A stretch of 64,000 nt of DNA from an uncultured Nitrospiraceae bacterium (GTDB lineage: Bacteria; Nitrospirota; Thermodesulfovibrionia; Thermodesulfovibrionales; Dissulfurispiraceae). Within the stretch, counting starts at the first letter, position 1. Each line of letters opens with the position of its first letter. Below are positions 42,960 through 53,297 of the stretch, piece after piece. The notes beneath the pieces were generated by a model, which was not told the origin of the DNA, ran no database searches, and was given only the letters and a program-made list of their open reading frames with translations. The position numbers were made by a program, and so were the translations under genes. The stretch covers positions 1 through 64,000 of the forward strand of contig CAVPIW010000009.1 of NCBI GenBank assembly GCA_963705105.1. The letters run 5' to 3'.

Positions 42960-44384
42960 CTATTTCTGTCCGGCTGCGTCCTTCATGATCGAGTCTATCT
43001 TCTGCTCGAAGGATATCCTATTCTTCGTAACCGATCCCGCGAGGTTGACCTTCGTCCCTCCCTTTTCCTCCCGGAGCATCACCCAGACCCTCTCGTGCCT
43101 CATGAAGAAGCAGGCGTACAATCCCACTGACATGAGCAGGCAACCGAGATAGACGAGCCAGACGCCGGGGTCCTTCCGCACCTGCAGTCCCGTGTACTGG
43201 GCGCCCCAGAGGTCCCTGAATTCGACGGTCCCGTCCTGGACGGTCCAGGTCTGCGGATACCTCCGGAGAATCCACTGGCTGTATTTGGGCTTCCCCTGTT
43301 CGGAAAATTCGACAAAGACGGCGGGGTTGTTCATCATTTCGGCATACGTGAAAGGCCTGCCCGCTTCGTCGATCCCGAGGGCGGGTGTGAAGTCCGCCAC
43401 CTTTCCCGCCACCTCGGTGCCGGGTATCGTGAAGGATTCTCCGAACTTGAGCTGCACGTCTTCCCTCTTGCCGCCTTTCGACGTCACGGAGAACCGGAAG
43501 AGCGAGTCGCGGTTGGGATTGAAACCGTAGCTCGACTGGTAGAATGTGATGCCGCGGTACGTGAGGGGGGTGTTGACCTCGATCTCCTGTTTCATCACTT
43601 CCCGGCCGTTCTCGATGATGGTCAGTATGCTCATGTACGTTTTCGGCGTATCGGAGCCCTCGTAAAAACTGACGTCGAAGTCGTCGCACCGGACCATGAA
43701 GCCCAGGGGGACTTCCTTCCCGGGCCCCTCATAGGCGACGGCGGATATCATACCCTCCAGCAGGTTCAGACGGGCGTTGAAGCCGAAGAAGATGCCCACG
43801 ACGGCCCCGATCAGGATCAGCAGGACGCTCAGGTGCGTGACGTAGACGCCGAGCCTGCTGTACCGGAACCGCTCCGCATAGAGCTGAAGCGTTCCTCCTT
43901 CCTGGTGTAACGCCGGCTTGTACCCACCCTTCTTCAGGGCCGCCTCGACCTTCTCCCTCGCCTGATCGGCCTTGCCCTTTATGACGGCCTCTCTCCGGAG
44001 CCGCAAGCCCTTCAGCCTTTCCTCGGTGATCGGCTGGACCGGATCCTTCACCAGCTTCCAGATTTTCGGGAGCCTCTCGAGGCTGCAGACGATGAGGTTC
44101 ATCGCAAAGAGGAAAAGGAGAGAGATGAACCACCAGGAGTGGTACATGTCCGTGAACCCCAGGGCATCGACGACGCGGAAGATGGAGGGGGCCGACGATT
44201 CGCCGAAGAGCTTCGCCAGGAGCTTCAGGTTCCTCTGGGGGTCCGCCTGCTGCTCGATGACCGTCCCGACGATCGAACTGAGCGAAATGACCGTGAAGAC
44301 GACGATCGCGAGGGTTATCGAGGAGAAAAAATTCCAGATCCTGTCTATGATGGACACCTGCTGTACGGTCGTATCCTGCCCCAC
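42960..44384 (-). CDS. resB: Cytochrome c biogenesis protein ResB/Ccs1
   Basis: GTVIEQ, DMYHSWWF, VNTPLTYRGITFYQSSY, TGLQVRKDPGV. Confidence 0.9.
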   Translation of the reverse strand: MGQDTTVQQVSIIDRIWNFFSSITLAIVVFTVISLSSIVGTVIEQQADPQRNLKLLAKLFGESSAPSIFRVVDALGFTDMYHSWWFISLLFLFAMNLIVCSLERLPKIWKLVKDPVQPITEERLKGLRLRREAVIKGKADQAREKVEAALKKGGYKPALHQEGGTLQLYAERFRYSRLGVYVTHLSVLLILIGAVVGIFFGFNARLNLLEGMISAVAYEGPGKEVPLGFMVRCDDFDVSFYEGSDTPKTYMSILTIIENGREVMKQEIEVNTPLTYRGITFYQSSYGFNPNRDSLFRFSVTSKGGKREDVQLKFGESFTIPGTEVAGKVADFTPALGIDEAGRPFTYAEMMNNPAVFVEFSEQGKPKYSQWILRRYPQTWTVQDGTVEFRDLWGAQYTGLQVRKDPGVWLVYLGCLLMSVGLYACFFMRHERVWVMLREEKGGTKVNLAGSVTKNRISFEQKIDSIMKDAAGQK

Positions 44385-44563
44385 ACCGCTCTCCTCTTTA
44401 ACATCATTAATGGATTTATTTAAAAAATTTATTTTACTGAATCACCGGCCAGAAAAGCAACGATCTTCGGAGTGTCGCGTCTCAGACCGCTTCGAAGATT
44501 TCCGGGAGGCGAGGGCCGACTGATGCCGATTTTGTGAGTCAGGCCCCGGCGGCGGGGAGCGTC

Positions 44564-45223
44564 TCAGGAGTGGTTGATCTTGATGATCCCCTTTTGTATG
44601 GCGAACTTGATCAGCGCCGCACGGGAATGAATGGCCAGTTTCTCCGACAGATTCGTCTGGTGGGTGATGACGGTTTTGACGCTTATATTCAGGCAGGTCG
44701 CTATTTCCTTGTGGCTGAGCCCCTCGGCGAGCAGCTTGAGCACCTGTTTTTCCCGGTCCGTCAGCCGGTCGTACGGGTCTTCCACTGTTATCTTCTTTTT
44801 GTCGAGATACCCGTCGATGACACTTGATGCGATGGTCGGATAGAGATAGCATTCCCCCCGGGCCACAGCCTTTATCGCGGCAATAAGATCGGTCCCGACG
44901 GCATGTTTCAGGATATATCCCGATACTCCCGCTTTCAGGAGACGGGAGACATACTCCTTGTCGTCGTACTGACTGAGAATCAGCACGCGTGTCTTCGGGG
45001 AGAGTTTCTTGATCTCAACCGTCGCCTCGATCCCCCCAAGGCCCGGCATGGCGATATCCATAAGCACGATATCAGGATCCAGGCGCAGGGTCTTTTCAAC
45101 CGCCTCCTTTCCGTTCGATGCCTCACCGACAACCTCGATCGTATCGTAACAACGGATCAGCGCCGATATGCCCTCTCTGACCAGGGCATGATCGTCGGCA
45201 ATCAGGATCTTTATCTTCGACAT
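44564..45223 (-). CDS. NarL/LuxR-family response regulator
   Basis: IADDHALVREG, MDIAMP, LTDREKQVL HTH. Confidence 0.93.
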   Translation of the reverse strand: MSKIKILIADDHALVREGISALIRCYDTIEVVGEASNGKEAVEKTLRLDPDIVLMDIAMPGLGGIEATVEIKKLSPKTRVLILSQYDDKEYVSRLLKAGVSGYILKHAVGTDLIAAIKAVARGECYLYPTIASSVIDGYLDKKKITVEDPYDRLTDREKQVLKLLAEGLSHKEIATCLNISVKTVITHQTNLSEKLAIHSRAALIKFAIQKGIIKINHS

Positions 45224-45277
45224 ATTGACCTCGGGCAATCCTCGCGTTGACTGTGTACGGAATTCTCCTGCTCCCCC

Positions 45278-47098
45278 CTAAACCGGGACGTATGCACTGA
45301 TCTGTGTTCCTCCTCCGGGGGTCGAGCAGATCGTCAGCCGTCCGTCGAGAAGGGAGATGCGCTCCTTCATCCCGATGAGGCCGAAGCCGGAATCGAGCGC
45401 CGAGAGCACCTTTTTGGCGTCGAACCCGACACCGTCGTCCTCGATTTCGACTTCGATATAGGACCCCCTGAAAATGAGCGACACGAACACGTTTTCGGCG
45501 TGGGCATACTTGCTTATATTGATGACCGCCTCCTGGATGACCCTGAAGAGGATCAACTCGATCTCCCTGCAGTTGAAGATCCCCAGGTCCTCGTCCCGCA
45601 GGTTGCAGCTTCCCTGCAGCCTGAAATGGCAATTCACGCCCCTTTCGCCGAGATGACGGTCCATGACCCATCGGATGGCAGACTCGAGACCGAGATCGTC
45701 GAGAACGGGAGGACGGAGATCCTTGATCATCTGGTGAAGACCATGGAGGGTCGCTGTGCAGTATTCTCTCACTCTCCTGATATCCCCGCTCATTTCCAGG
45801 TTTCCGCTCAGAGACAGGCTGAGTGTGTCGAGGCTGATCAAGATCGCATTGAGGGCCTGACTCGTCTCGTCGTGCAATTCCCTGGCTATCCGCTTCCGCT
45901 CCTCCTCCTGGGCGCTGATTACCTTCAAAAGGAGAAGCGACAGCTTTTCCCTGCTTTCCTGAAGGTCCTGAGTCCGCTCCGTGACCCTGTTTTCGAGGTC
46001 CGCGGCGTGTTTTATAATGCTCTCGCGCGAGCCGAGGAGTTTCGTCCTCATGTCCTCGAAGCTCCGCGCAAGCGTCCCGATTTCGTCGGAACTTCTGACG
46101 GCGACGGGTTCGGCGAGATTTCCCTTACCGATCCTCTGGGCCGCTTCGCTGAGGGCATGAATCGGTTTCACGATGCTTCTGCTGAGCCCCACCCAGAGGA
46201 GAAAGGCCGTAAGAACGGAAATCAGGATCATCGCAAAAAATCCCTTTTTCAGCATCGCCGTCGGCTGAAAGACCCTTTCCTCGGCCTCCCTGATCGCAAC
46301 ACCCCAGGGAGCAGTGGCAAGGGGGGCGAAAGCGAGGACGTCCCGGGTCCTTTGACGCATCTCCTGCCGTCCTTCGGCGTGACAGCGGTGGCAGGTGTTG
46401 ACGGAGCTCTTCTTTCGCGCAATGAGACTGCTCAGAAAATGATTGTGGTCGCTGCTCGTCAGGATCCTTTTTGAATCGTTCGATGCGATGACGATACCCT
46501 GCCCGTCCACAAGTTCCAGGTTCATATCGGTCTCTTCGGGGATCGCTTTCATGACGCGGCTGAAGACATAGTCTGCGGGATTGATTTCACCGGCCGCCGC
46601 TCCGACGACCTCGCCGTTGCCGTCCTTCAGGGGGACGAGGACGAATATGACCTTTCTCTTCGTCCGTTCGATCGTAAACACGTCGGAAATGACGGGTTTT
46701 CTTTCCGCGAGGGTCTTGCCCACATGGGGAATGGAGAGCAGGTTCACCTGGATGCCGTCACGGTGCGGATAGGACACAAGGACATTTCCGCCCCTGTCGA
46801 GCAGGTAGACCCCGTCGGTAAAGATGGAATACTCGTAGGCGGCCTTCAGGGCCCTCTTTTCCGGTTCCCAGTCCCCGTCATGGAAATCTATCCTGCTGGC
46901 GAGAGAAATGTCATACAGACGTGTAATGTTGTTTTCAAGAATGTAATCGATGTGCTTTCCGAGGATGTCCGCCAGTGCAAGACGGCTCTCCATGGAGCGG
47001 TTGATGCTGTCCTCGACGCTCAGGTAGCTGAGCACCCCGAGGCTGACGAGTATGATCACCATGCTCAGGATGACGGCAAAGATGATTCGTCTATGCAT
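45278..47098 (-). CDS. HisKA_3 sensor kinase (Cache + HAMP) with extracytoplasmic CxxCH
   Basis: ERKRIARELHD, LRPPVLDDLGL, DDGVGF, GFGLIGMKER; TCHRCH before TM2. Confidence 0.92.
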   Translation of the reverse strand: MHRRIIFAVILSMVIILVSLGVLSYLSVEDSINRSMESRLALADILGKHIDYILENNITRLYDISLASRIDFHDGDWEPEKRALKAAYEYSIFTDGVYLLDRGGNVLVSYPHRDGIQVNLLSIPHVGKTLAERKPVISDVFTIERTKRKVIFVLVPLKDGNGEVVGAAAGEINPADYVFSRVMKAIPEETDMNLELVDGQGIVIASNDSKRILTSSDHNHFLSSLIARKKSSVNTCHRCHAEGRQEMRQRTRDVLAFAPLATAPWGVAIREAEERVFQPTAMLKKGFFAMILISVLTAFLLWVGLSRSIVKPIHALSEAAQRIGKGNLAEPVAVRSSDEIGTLARSFEDMRTKLLGSRESIIKHAADLENRVTERTQDLQESREKLSLLLLKVISAQEEERKRIARELHDETSQALNAILISLDTLSLSLSGNLEMSGDIRRVREYCTATLHGLHQMIKDLRPPVLDDLGLESAIRWVMDRHLGERGVNCHFRLQGSCNLRDEDLGIFNCREIELILFRVIQEAVINISKYAHAENVFVSLIFRGSYIEVEIEDDGVGFDAKKVLSALDSGFGLIGMKERISLLDGRLTICSTPGGGTQISAYVPV

Positions 47099-47278
47099 GG
47101 TTCATGGGCGGACTTTCGATTTGTTTCACCGGGCTTCAGATCTCTTTTGTATTATATCATTCCTCCGAAAAGGCAGTCAGCAGTCTTCACCCTGCAGCTG
47201 CTTGAAACGGCTGGACAAAGATACTGTCCTTTGCTTTTTTCGGCTGCCGACCGGGAACTGCTGACTGCTGTCAGCCCA

Positions 47279-48076
47279 TCACGGCGCCAGCATGGTGCCG
47301 TCTCCTTCATGGATCCGGGAAATGGTCTCACTTTCGGTGCTGATGAGCTCATCGACGCTGACGCCCTCTCTCCTGGCAAGCTCAATCGGGTGCTCCCTGA
47401 TCATCCGTTCGCGCGACAGATAGCCGGTGAAAATGGATGCATCGAGGGGAAAAACCTCGGGGCTGAAAATGGAGTCATAAATGTGCCATATGGCGATGAT
47501 GAGGAAAAGAAGCATTGATTCATTCGTGTGCAGGGCCTTGGCCGCCGGAATGATTTCGCCCGGCAGATACCGCGCGACAAACGCCGGAAACCAGAGCACG
47601 AGTCCCGACAGGATCATGATGACTCCTCCGCTGAGAATGCCCCAGTATTCGAACTTCTGCTTGTATGAATACCTGTCGCAAAGCGCATACCGTTGCTCCA
47701 TGCCTATGTAATACCTGATGTTCCGGACCGCGTCACTGAAATCCTTCCTGCTGATCATCATCGTGGGCTGCCACCTGCCGAAGACGAGACCACAGAAGGC
47801 AACGGCGATATGAACGATGATCTCGGCGGAAAACATCAGCCCCGTGAAGCGGTGGATCAGGCGGATCATATCGATGCCGCCCGCCTTCATGATGATCCAG
47901 ACCGACGCGTCGAGCTCATGAAATTTTTGTGACAGGCCCGTCACGATGAGGACGCCTGCAGTCATCATAAGTATGGCGTGCTCGGCGATCCTCAGGGGAT
48001 GAAACCGTCTCACCCGGCTGTTCCTGTTTTTTGCTGCGGTGCCCATAAATGTCTCCTTTTCATCTGTTGACGGCAT
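47279..48076 (-). CDS. Membrane cytochrome b (FdnI/CbcB-like)
   Basis: RF..LRIAEH, IHRF, RYSYKQKFEYW, LHTNE, WHIY. Confidence 0.85.
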   Translation of the reverse strand: MPSTDEKETFMGTAAKNRNSRVRRFHPLRIAEHAILMMTAGVLIVTGLSQKFHELDASVWIIMKAGGIDMIRLIHRFTGLMFSAEIIVHIAVAFCGLVFGRWQPTMMISRKDFSDAVRNIRYYIGMEQRYALCDRYSYKQKFEYWGILSGGVIMILSGLVLWFPAFVARYLPGEIIPAAKALHTNESMLLFLIIAIWHIYDSIFSPEVFPLDASIFTGYLSRERMIREHPIELARREGVSVDELISTESETISRIHEGDGTMLAP

Positions 48077-49493
48077 AACGCCATATATGGAGCAGGATCT
48101 GCAGGAGCATGCCCACGACCATCACGGGGATGAGGAACCGGTAGACCGCGTTGATGACAAACACGAGCGGGGCATGCCGCAGATCGGGCTTGTAATGGGA
48201 GAGCCAGGCATCGGGGAAGTTTTCGGCAGCGTCGGCATGACACTTCCTGCAACTCTTGACGAGGTTCTGCCGCATGACATTTGCGTTCGGCTCCACAGAG
48301 CTCGTGATGTTATGCGTGCCGTGGCAATCGGTGCAGACGGCGATCGCACGGCCCCTCTGGTCGAACTGTTCCTTCTGTTTCTTGTAGAAACTGAGCGTGA
48401 TGCCATGAAAATCAGACAGGTACGTTTTGACGACATCAGTCGACAGGCCGTACTTGCCCACGATCGATTCGTCGGAGTGACAACGGCCGCACATCTCGAC
48501 GATCCGCTCATGATATTCGAGCGTCAGAGGGCTTTTCACAGCATGGGCGCGGTGACAGTCCCTGCAGACGGGCACATCCCTGTTGCCCTCCTGAAACAGC
48601 GCCTTTCCATGCACGCTTTTGGCATACGTGTCATACACTGCTTGGTGGCAGGTCCCGCACTTCTTTGCACTTGCGGTCCTGTCCCTGCCCACGGGAAGAA
48701 TGGCATGGGAGCCATGACAGTCGACGCAGACCGGCGCACGCATGTTCCCGCGGCTGAGGGCGGAGAAGTGGATGCTTTCGAGGGTCTTCGTGTATTTGTC
48801 GAAATGGCAGCGCCTGCAGCTCTCCGACAGAGCGACGGTGAAGTCCTTTCGCGTCCTGAAATTCCGTTTCGGGTGCTCCTCCGAGGAAAAACCGAAGTGG
48901 CAGTCCGAACATCCCAGTTTTCCGTGAACGGATGCCTGGTGCTGAGCCACGTTCACCTGAACACTCATCGAACCGCCGTCCGCAAAGGCCATGCGGATGT
49001 CGCGCTGGTGGCAGCCCATGCAGTACTCACGGTCACTCCGGATGACCCGGCCGCCGCGTGCAGGTTTCATGGCATGGGGCTCGTGGCAGTGCGTGCAGGC
49101 CATCGGGCCTGATGCACCCTCGCGGGCGAAGAGCGTCTCGTGCTGGGGCTTTTCGCGGAGGGTCTCCTCGGTATGACAGCGCCGGCAGACCTGCGAGGAT
49201 TTTACGGCATACTGTTCCCTGCTCTTGAATTGCCTCTTCGGATGGTTTTCGGAGGAAAACTCGTAGTGGCAGTCGGAACAGGCGAGTTCGCGGTGGACGG
49301 AATACTGATATTTTTTCGCATCGATATATGTCGAGACCCAATCGTTGTTCTGAAATTTTACGATCCCCCCCCGCTTCCCGTGACACTCGAGACACGCCAG
49401 CGATGCCTCAGGAACCTTTGCGGCACCCTCACAGACCGTCAGGAAGACAAGACAGAAAGCGAGCGTGACAAGACCCCATTTCCGTCCATTCAT
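48060..49493 (-). CDS. 13-heme cytochrome c with C-terminal membrane anchor
   Basis: 13 CxxCH counted; signal peptide; C-terminal TM with His. Confidence 0.88.
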   Translation of the reverse strand: MNGRKWGLVTLAFCLVFLTVCEGAAKVPEASLACLECHGKRGGIVKFQNNDWVSTYIDAKKYQYSVHRELACSDCHYEFSSENHPKRQFKSREQYAVKSSQVCRRCHTEETLREKPQHETLFAREGASGPMACTHCHEPHAMKPARGGRVIRSDREYCMGCHQRDIRMAFADGGSMSVQVNVAQHQASVHGKLGCSDCHFGFSSEEHPKRNFRTRKDFTVALSESCRRCHFDKYTKTLESIHFSALSRGNMRAPVCVDCHGSHAILPVGRDRTASAKKCGTCHQAVYDTYAKSVHGKALFQEGNRDVPVCRDCHRAHAVKSPLTLEYHERIVEMCGRCHSDESIVGKYGLSTDVVKTYLSDFHGITLSFYKKQKEQFDQRGRAIAVCTDCHGTHNITSSVEPNANVMRQNLVKSCRKCHADAAENFPDAWLSHYKPDLRHAPLVFVINAVYRFLIPVMVVGMLLQILLHIWRYAVNR

Positions 49494-49511
49494 GGGACAC
49501 CCCCGCTCCCC

Positions 49512-50741
49512 TCACTCCTCGGGTTCCCGCAGAACCGGCATCCTGTTCAGTATCCACCGGAACACGAGAATGTGTATCGTCGTGAGCGTGAGAGCCATGA
49601 CAGACTCCCGCCACGGCGGGATAATGTGATGGAGGTGATCGGGCAGAAACCAGTTAAATGTGATGACCGACAGGTTAAGCCTGTTCAGGATGACCCCCAC
49701 AAGGGCCATGACGGCGGCAAACCGGACGATGCGGGCACTCTTCTGCTTGACGCCATGGGTCATGATAATTCCCGGCAGGAGAATGAAACCCAGTATCTCG
49801 ACAAGGAACCAGTAACCGTAAGGAGAGGCCAGAAGCGCCCAATTGTCGTCATGGGCGACGCCGATGACCCGAAGGGCAAAGAGCACGTACATGGCGACAC
49901 ATGCGGCCTTCCCCATCCCGACGGTCAGGCCGTCGAGGTCGCCGAGGAAATGATGATCGGCCCTGTGCGGTAAAAACCGGGCGCACAGGGTGCTCACGAC
50001 GATGACCATGCACAGTCCCGCGTAGATGCTCGACATGAAATGAAACACGGGGATGAAGGCGGAATACCAGAGCGGATGGATCTTTCCAGGCGCGAGGAGA
50101 AAGAGGGCGCCCAGGGCCGACTGGTGAAGCGTCGAGAGCATGACGCCCGCGACGGTCATGCCGATTGTGATCATGAGCGCCCATTTCCGCGCCCGCCTCG
50201 CCCGGACCCATTCGAAGATGGCGGGGCTGAACTCGAGCAACTGAACGGTGAGATAGAGGGCCACATGCCAGGCGACAAGGAAAAGCACGGACAGCGGCCC
50301 GTACGTCACCGTCATGGGATAGTAAATCCTCCACGGCCTGCCCAGGTCCGTCAGGAGGTAGATGACGGCGAAGAGATACCCGAGAAAACCCGTGAGCACG
50401 GCGAGCCTCACGAGGGGGTGATATTTTTCGAATCCAAAGATGTACACGGCCGTCGCCAGCACGTATCCCGTCGCCGAGAGCGGGACGGCCGAAAAGAGTC
50501 CGAAGCCGAGAAGCAAACCCCAGGGGTAATCGTTCGAGGCGTGTGTCGCGAAGGCGAGGCCTTCGGCAAAGCGGATAACGATGACCGGTATGCCAACCGC
50601 GAGGATGGCGGCTGCGATCAGATTGAAAGGTGTAATCAGGTTTCTTGAGTATTCCGACCAGGACATGCCCATGAGCAGCCTGTCCATGAACCAGGACCGG
50701 AAATTCTCTCCCGTCCTGACGACAGAGTCATCCCTATTCAT
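49512..50741 (-). CDS. NrfD/HybB/HmcC-family membrane subunit
   Basis: YPWGL, DLGRPWR, LSTLHQSALG, IHPLWYS. Confidence 0.88.
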   Translation of the reverse strand: MNRDDSVVRTGENFRSWFMDRLLMGMSWSEYSRNLITPFNLIAAAILAVGIPVIVIRFAEGLAFATHASNDYPWGLLLGFGLFSAVPLSATGYVLATAVYIFGFEKYHPLVRLAVLTGFLGYLFAVIYLLTDLGRPWRIYYPMTVTYGPLSVLFLVAWHVALYLTVQLLEFSPAIFEWVRARRARKWALMITIGMTVAGVMLSTLHQSALGALFLLAPGKIHPLWYSAFIPVFHFMSSIYAGLCMVIVVSTLCARFLPHRADHHFLGDLDGLTVGMGKAACVAMYVLFALRVIGVAHDDNWALLASPYGYWFLVEILGFILLPGIIMTHGVKQKSARIVRFAAVMALVGVILNRLNLSVITFNWFLPDHLHHIIPPWRESVMALTLTTIHILVFRWILNRMPVLREPEE

Positions 50742-51732
50742 GTTTGTCCTCCTCTCTGTGTCCTCCCGGCTTTCCTCCGCCCTCTTCATCCCTGTTTTTC
50801 GTCGCTGCGTAGCAGAGCCCGAGTAGTGCGGGCCAGATGGTCAGCACAAGGGGGACGGCGGAGAGAAACCCCTTGGTGTTCTCGACGAGCGGGTCCTTCT
50901 GCGTGTACTTCGGAAAGCCGAGATTTTCGAAAGGCACTCCCCCGATATACATCCAGCTTGTGCCGCCGAATTCGTGCTCCCCGAAGATGTGATGAACATA
51001 ACGGTCGGGGTGCTTCATGATCTTTTCCCGGCCCAGAGCGATCAGGTCCCTCCTTCTGCCGAATGTGACCGCACCGGTCGGACAGGCCTCGGCGCAGGCC
51101 GTCGGTCTGCCCTTCGAGATCCTGTGGTGGCACATGGTGCACTTGACGATCTTCGGCTCCAGGGCGCTTTCGTAATCGTAGGCCGGGACATAAAAGGGGC
51201 ATGCGACCATGCAATACCGGCAGCCGAAGCATTTGTCAGGATCATACAGGACGGCGCCTTCCTTTGTCTTCGTGTACGCGTGGAGCGGGCAGGCCGAGAA
51301 GCAGGCCGGCTCGTTGCAGTGATTGCACTGGACCTTCCGGTAGATGAACTCGTCTTTTTTCTTCGGATCGGGAAACCTGTTCACGACCGTGTACGCTGAA
51401 GCGGTCGGTCTCCGCTGTTCCGAAAACACTCCCTTGCTGTCAAAGGGCATATCAGGCCTCGGGAGCCCGTTTTCCTCATTGCACGCCTTTTCGCAGCTCC
51501 TGCACCCCACGCAGAGCGTCAGGTCCGTGAGCAGGCCGTAGCTGTTCGGCCAGCCCTCCAGTTCCCTGGCGCGGACATCGCGGGAACTGCCGATCAGGGC
51601 TGTTCCGCCGACCGTCGCCAGAGCTCCCAGGAAATGTCTCCTGCTGATCATGGCGCCTCCTGACTTTCCGCCGTCGTCCCGACGGGGAAGGTCTTCACCT
51701 TCAAATGGTTTATTCCCTCTCTTTGCGGACAT
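50734..51732 (-). CDS. Tat-exported 4Fe-4S dicluster protein (HybA/HmcB-like)
   Basis: SRRHFL; CVGCRSCEKAC, CNHCNEPAC, CFGCRYCMVACP, KCTMC; C-terminal TM. Confidence 0.9.
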   Translation of the reverse strand: MSAKRGNKPFEGEDLPRRDDGGKSGGAMISRRHFLGALATVGGTALIGSSRDVRARELEGWPNSYGLLTDLTLCVGCRSCEKACNEENGLPRPDMPFDSKGVFSEQRRPTASAYTVVNRFPDPKKKDEFIYRKVQCNHCNEPACFSACPLHAYTKTKEGAVLYDPDKCFGCRYCMVACPFYVPAYDYESALEPKIVKCTMCHHRISKGRPTACAEACPTGAVTFGRRRDLIALGREKIMKHPDRYVHHIFGEHEFGGTSWMYIGGVPFENLGFPKYTQKDPLVENTKGFLSAVPLVLTIWPALLGLCYAATKNRDEEGGGKPGGHREEDKHE

Positions 51733-51772
51733 GAAATCCTCCTCACTCCTCTTCTGCTCGTTCCATACATAT

Positions 51773-52264
51773 TCATTTCCGGACGCTTGCCTGCTGCTTC
51801 CCATGCTGGGCCTGCCAGTGGCACAGCTCGGTGCATCCCTTCGGGTCCTGCCCGACATTCGCTATACCCCTGTGACATTGGAGGCAGGCCCTGTGGTAGG
51901 CGACCTTCAGGCCCGGCATGCTGGGGTGTTCGGGGTTAAAAGTCCCGTGGCACTTCCCGCAGGGCAGAAAGCCTTTTTCCGCCGTCTGCCTGAAATCCCT
52001 GACGCCGAGGGTGTGGCATTCCCTACAAACCGGAGTTTCGTAGTTCCCGTGCTCGTGGTGACACATCGAGCACCGTCCCGCCACCGATACATGTTTTTCG
52101 TGATGAAAGATCACACCGCCGTATCGGTCGGCGAGACTGTCGATGAGCACGACTCTCGGCGCCCCTTTTTTGGTCCTCTCGACCGTCCCCGTTTCGGCGA
52201 CGACGGACGAGAGGGTTGCCGTGTAAATCCCGATGATGATCAGTATCATGAACGCGTGTTTCAT
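51773..52264 (-). CDS. Cytochrome c3-family multiheme protein
   Basis: 4 CxxCH plus CTELCH; FHHEKH; PGLKVAYH. Confidence 0.85.
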   Translation of the reverse strand: MKHAFMILIIIGIYTATLSSVVAETGTVERTKKGAPRVVLIDSLADRYGGVIFHHEKHVSVAGRCSMCHHEHGNYETPVCRECHTLGVRDFRQTAEKGFLPCGKCHGTFNPEHPSMPGLKVAYHRACLQCHRGIANVGQDPKGCTELCHWQAQHGKQQASVRK

Positions 52265-52292
52265 ACGCCACTCCTCCTTCGGTTACCGGGTG

Positions 52293-52700
52293 TCACTCCT
52301 TCTTGTCCTCGCCGGTATCGTCCTTCTTCTCCTCTTCCTGCTTCTTGCCGGAGAAGTATGCCTCGGAAGGTCTCCATCCGAATGAGGCATGGTGCGTGAA
52401 GAGCCTGGCGACGCCGCTGACCAGCGCCGGCACAATGGCGAAGAGGAAACCGAAGGGCAGCATGACGATGTACAGCAGCCCGATGAAGGGCGCCGCCAGG
52501 ACCCGCCCGACCGTCTTCATCGTCGAATCGGTCCCCGCCTTCCTGAGATGCTCCAGGTCCTCTCCGCCCTCTTCGATGAGTTTCTTGAAGGGCTTCGGCT
52601 TCAGGATCTCATTGTAGATAATGTAGCCGGCGATGAAGAATACGGCCAGAAAATACTCGACTCCCTTGACATGGGTGAGAAAATCTACGACTGTGTTCAT
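52293..52700 (-). CDS. Small membrane protein with HmcD-like N-terminus
   Basis: DFLTHVKGVEY; APFIGLLYIVMLPF; FGWRPSEAY. Confidence 0.65.
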   Translation of the reverse strand: MNTVVDFLTHVKGVEYFLAVFFIAGYIIYNEILKPKPFKKLIEEGGEDLEHLRKAGTDSTMKTVGRVLAAPFIGLLYIVMLPFGFLFAIVPALVSGVARLFTHHASFGWRPSEAYFSGKKQEEEKKDDTGEDKKE

Positions 52701-52745
52701 TGTGTCCTCCTTTTCCGGTCATCCTGCGTGCATGCAGGACCGTCT

Positions 52746-53093
52746 TCACTTCTTGTCCGGACCGTCTTCCTTTTTCTTCTTCCCCGCGAGATAGGACTCG
52801 CTGGGTCTCCATCCGAACGATACGAGATTCTTGATCAGACTGACACCCAGCCCGACTCCCTTCCGGGCGATCGCCGCCATGATGGTCGCGATGCCGATAA
52901 AGGGAAGGCAGATCACATAGGCGAGTCCGATGAAGGGACCCATGATCACCATGACAGCCGGTGATAAACGGTAATAACTCGATTTGTCGTCACCCGGCAG
53001 AGTGCCGTCACGGTCCACATCGAGCCTCATCCCGTCGGCTGCGCTCCAGTACGTCCCTCTTCCTACCTTCTGTCCTCCATGAAAGATCAACAT
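52746..53093 (-). CDS. Small membrane protein, partial paralogue of 52293..52700
   Basis: GPFIGLAYVICLPF; FGWRPSESY. Confidence 0.65.
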   Translation of the reverse strand: MLIFHGGQKVGRGTYWSAADGMRLDVDRDGTLPGDDKSSYYRLSPAVMVIMGPFIGLAYVICLPFIGIATIMAAIARKGVGLGVSLIKNLVSFGWRPSESYLAGKKKKEDGPDKK

Positions 53094-53297
53094 TGGTGTT
53101 CACCTCCTTTTATGGAACCCTCTTCGATCTTCATGATTTAAGTCTAACGGACATTCGGTCAAAATATAATGAGAAGAACCTCTTACGGGAGTCGGAAAAA
53201 GTTCTTAGACGGCGGGGTTTTTTTGCTTGAGTTGAATGGAGAGGAAGGCCCGATCCGGCCTGAGGACTCAGCACTTCTCAGGAGAAGGCGGGGCTGG

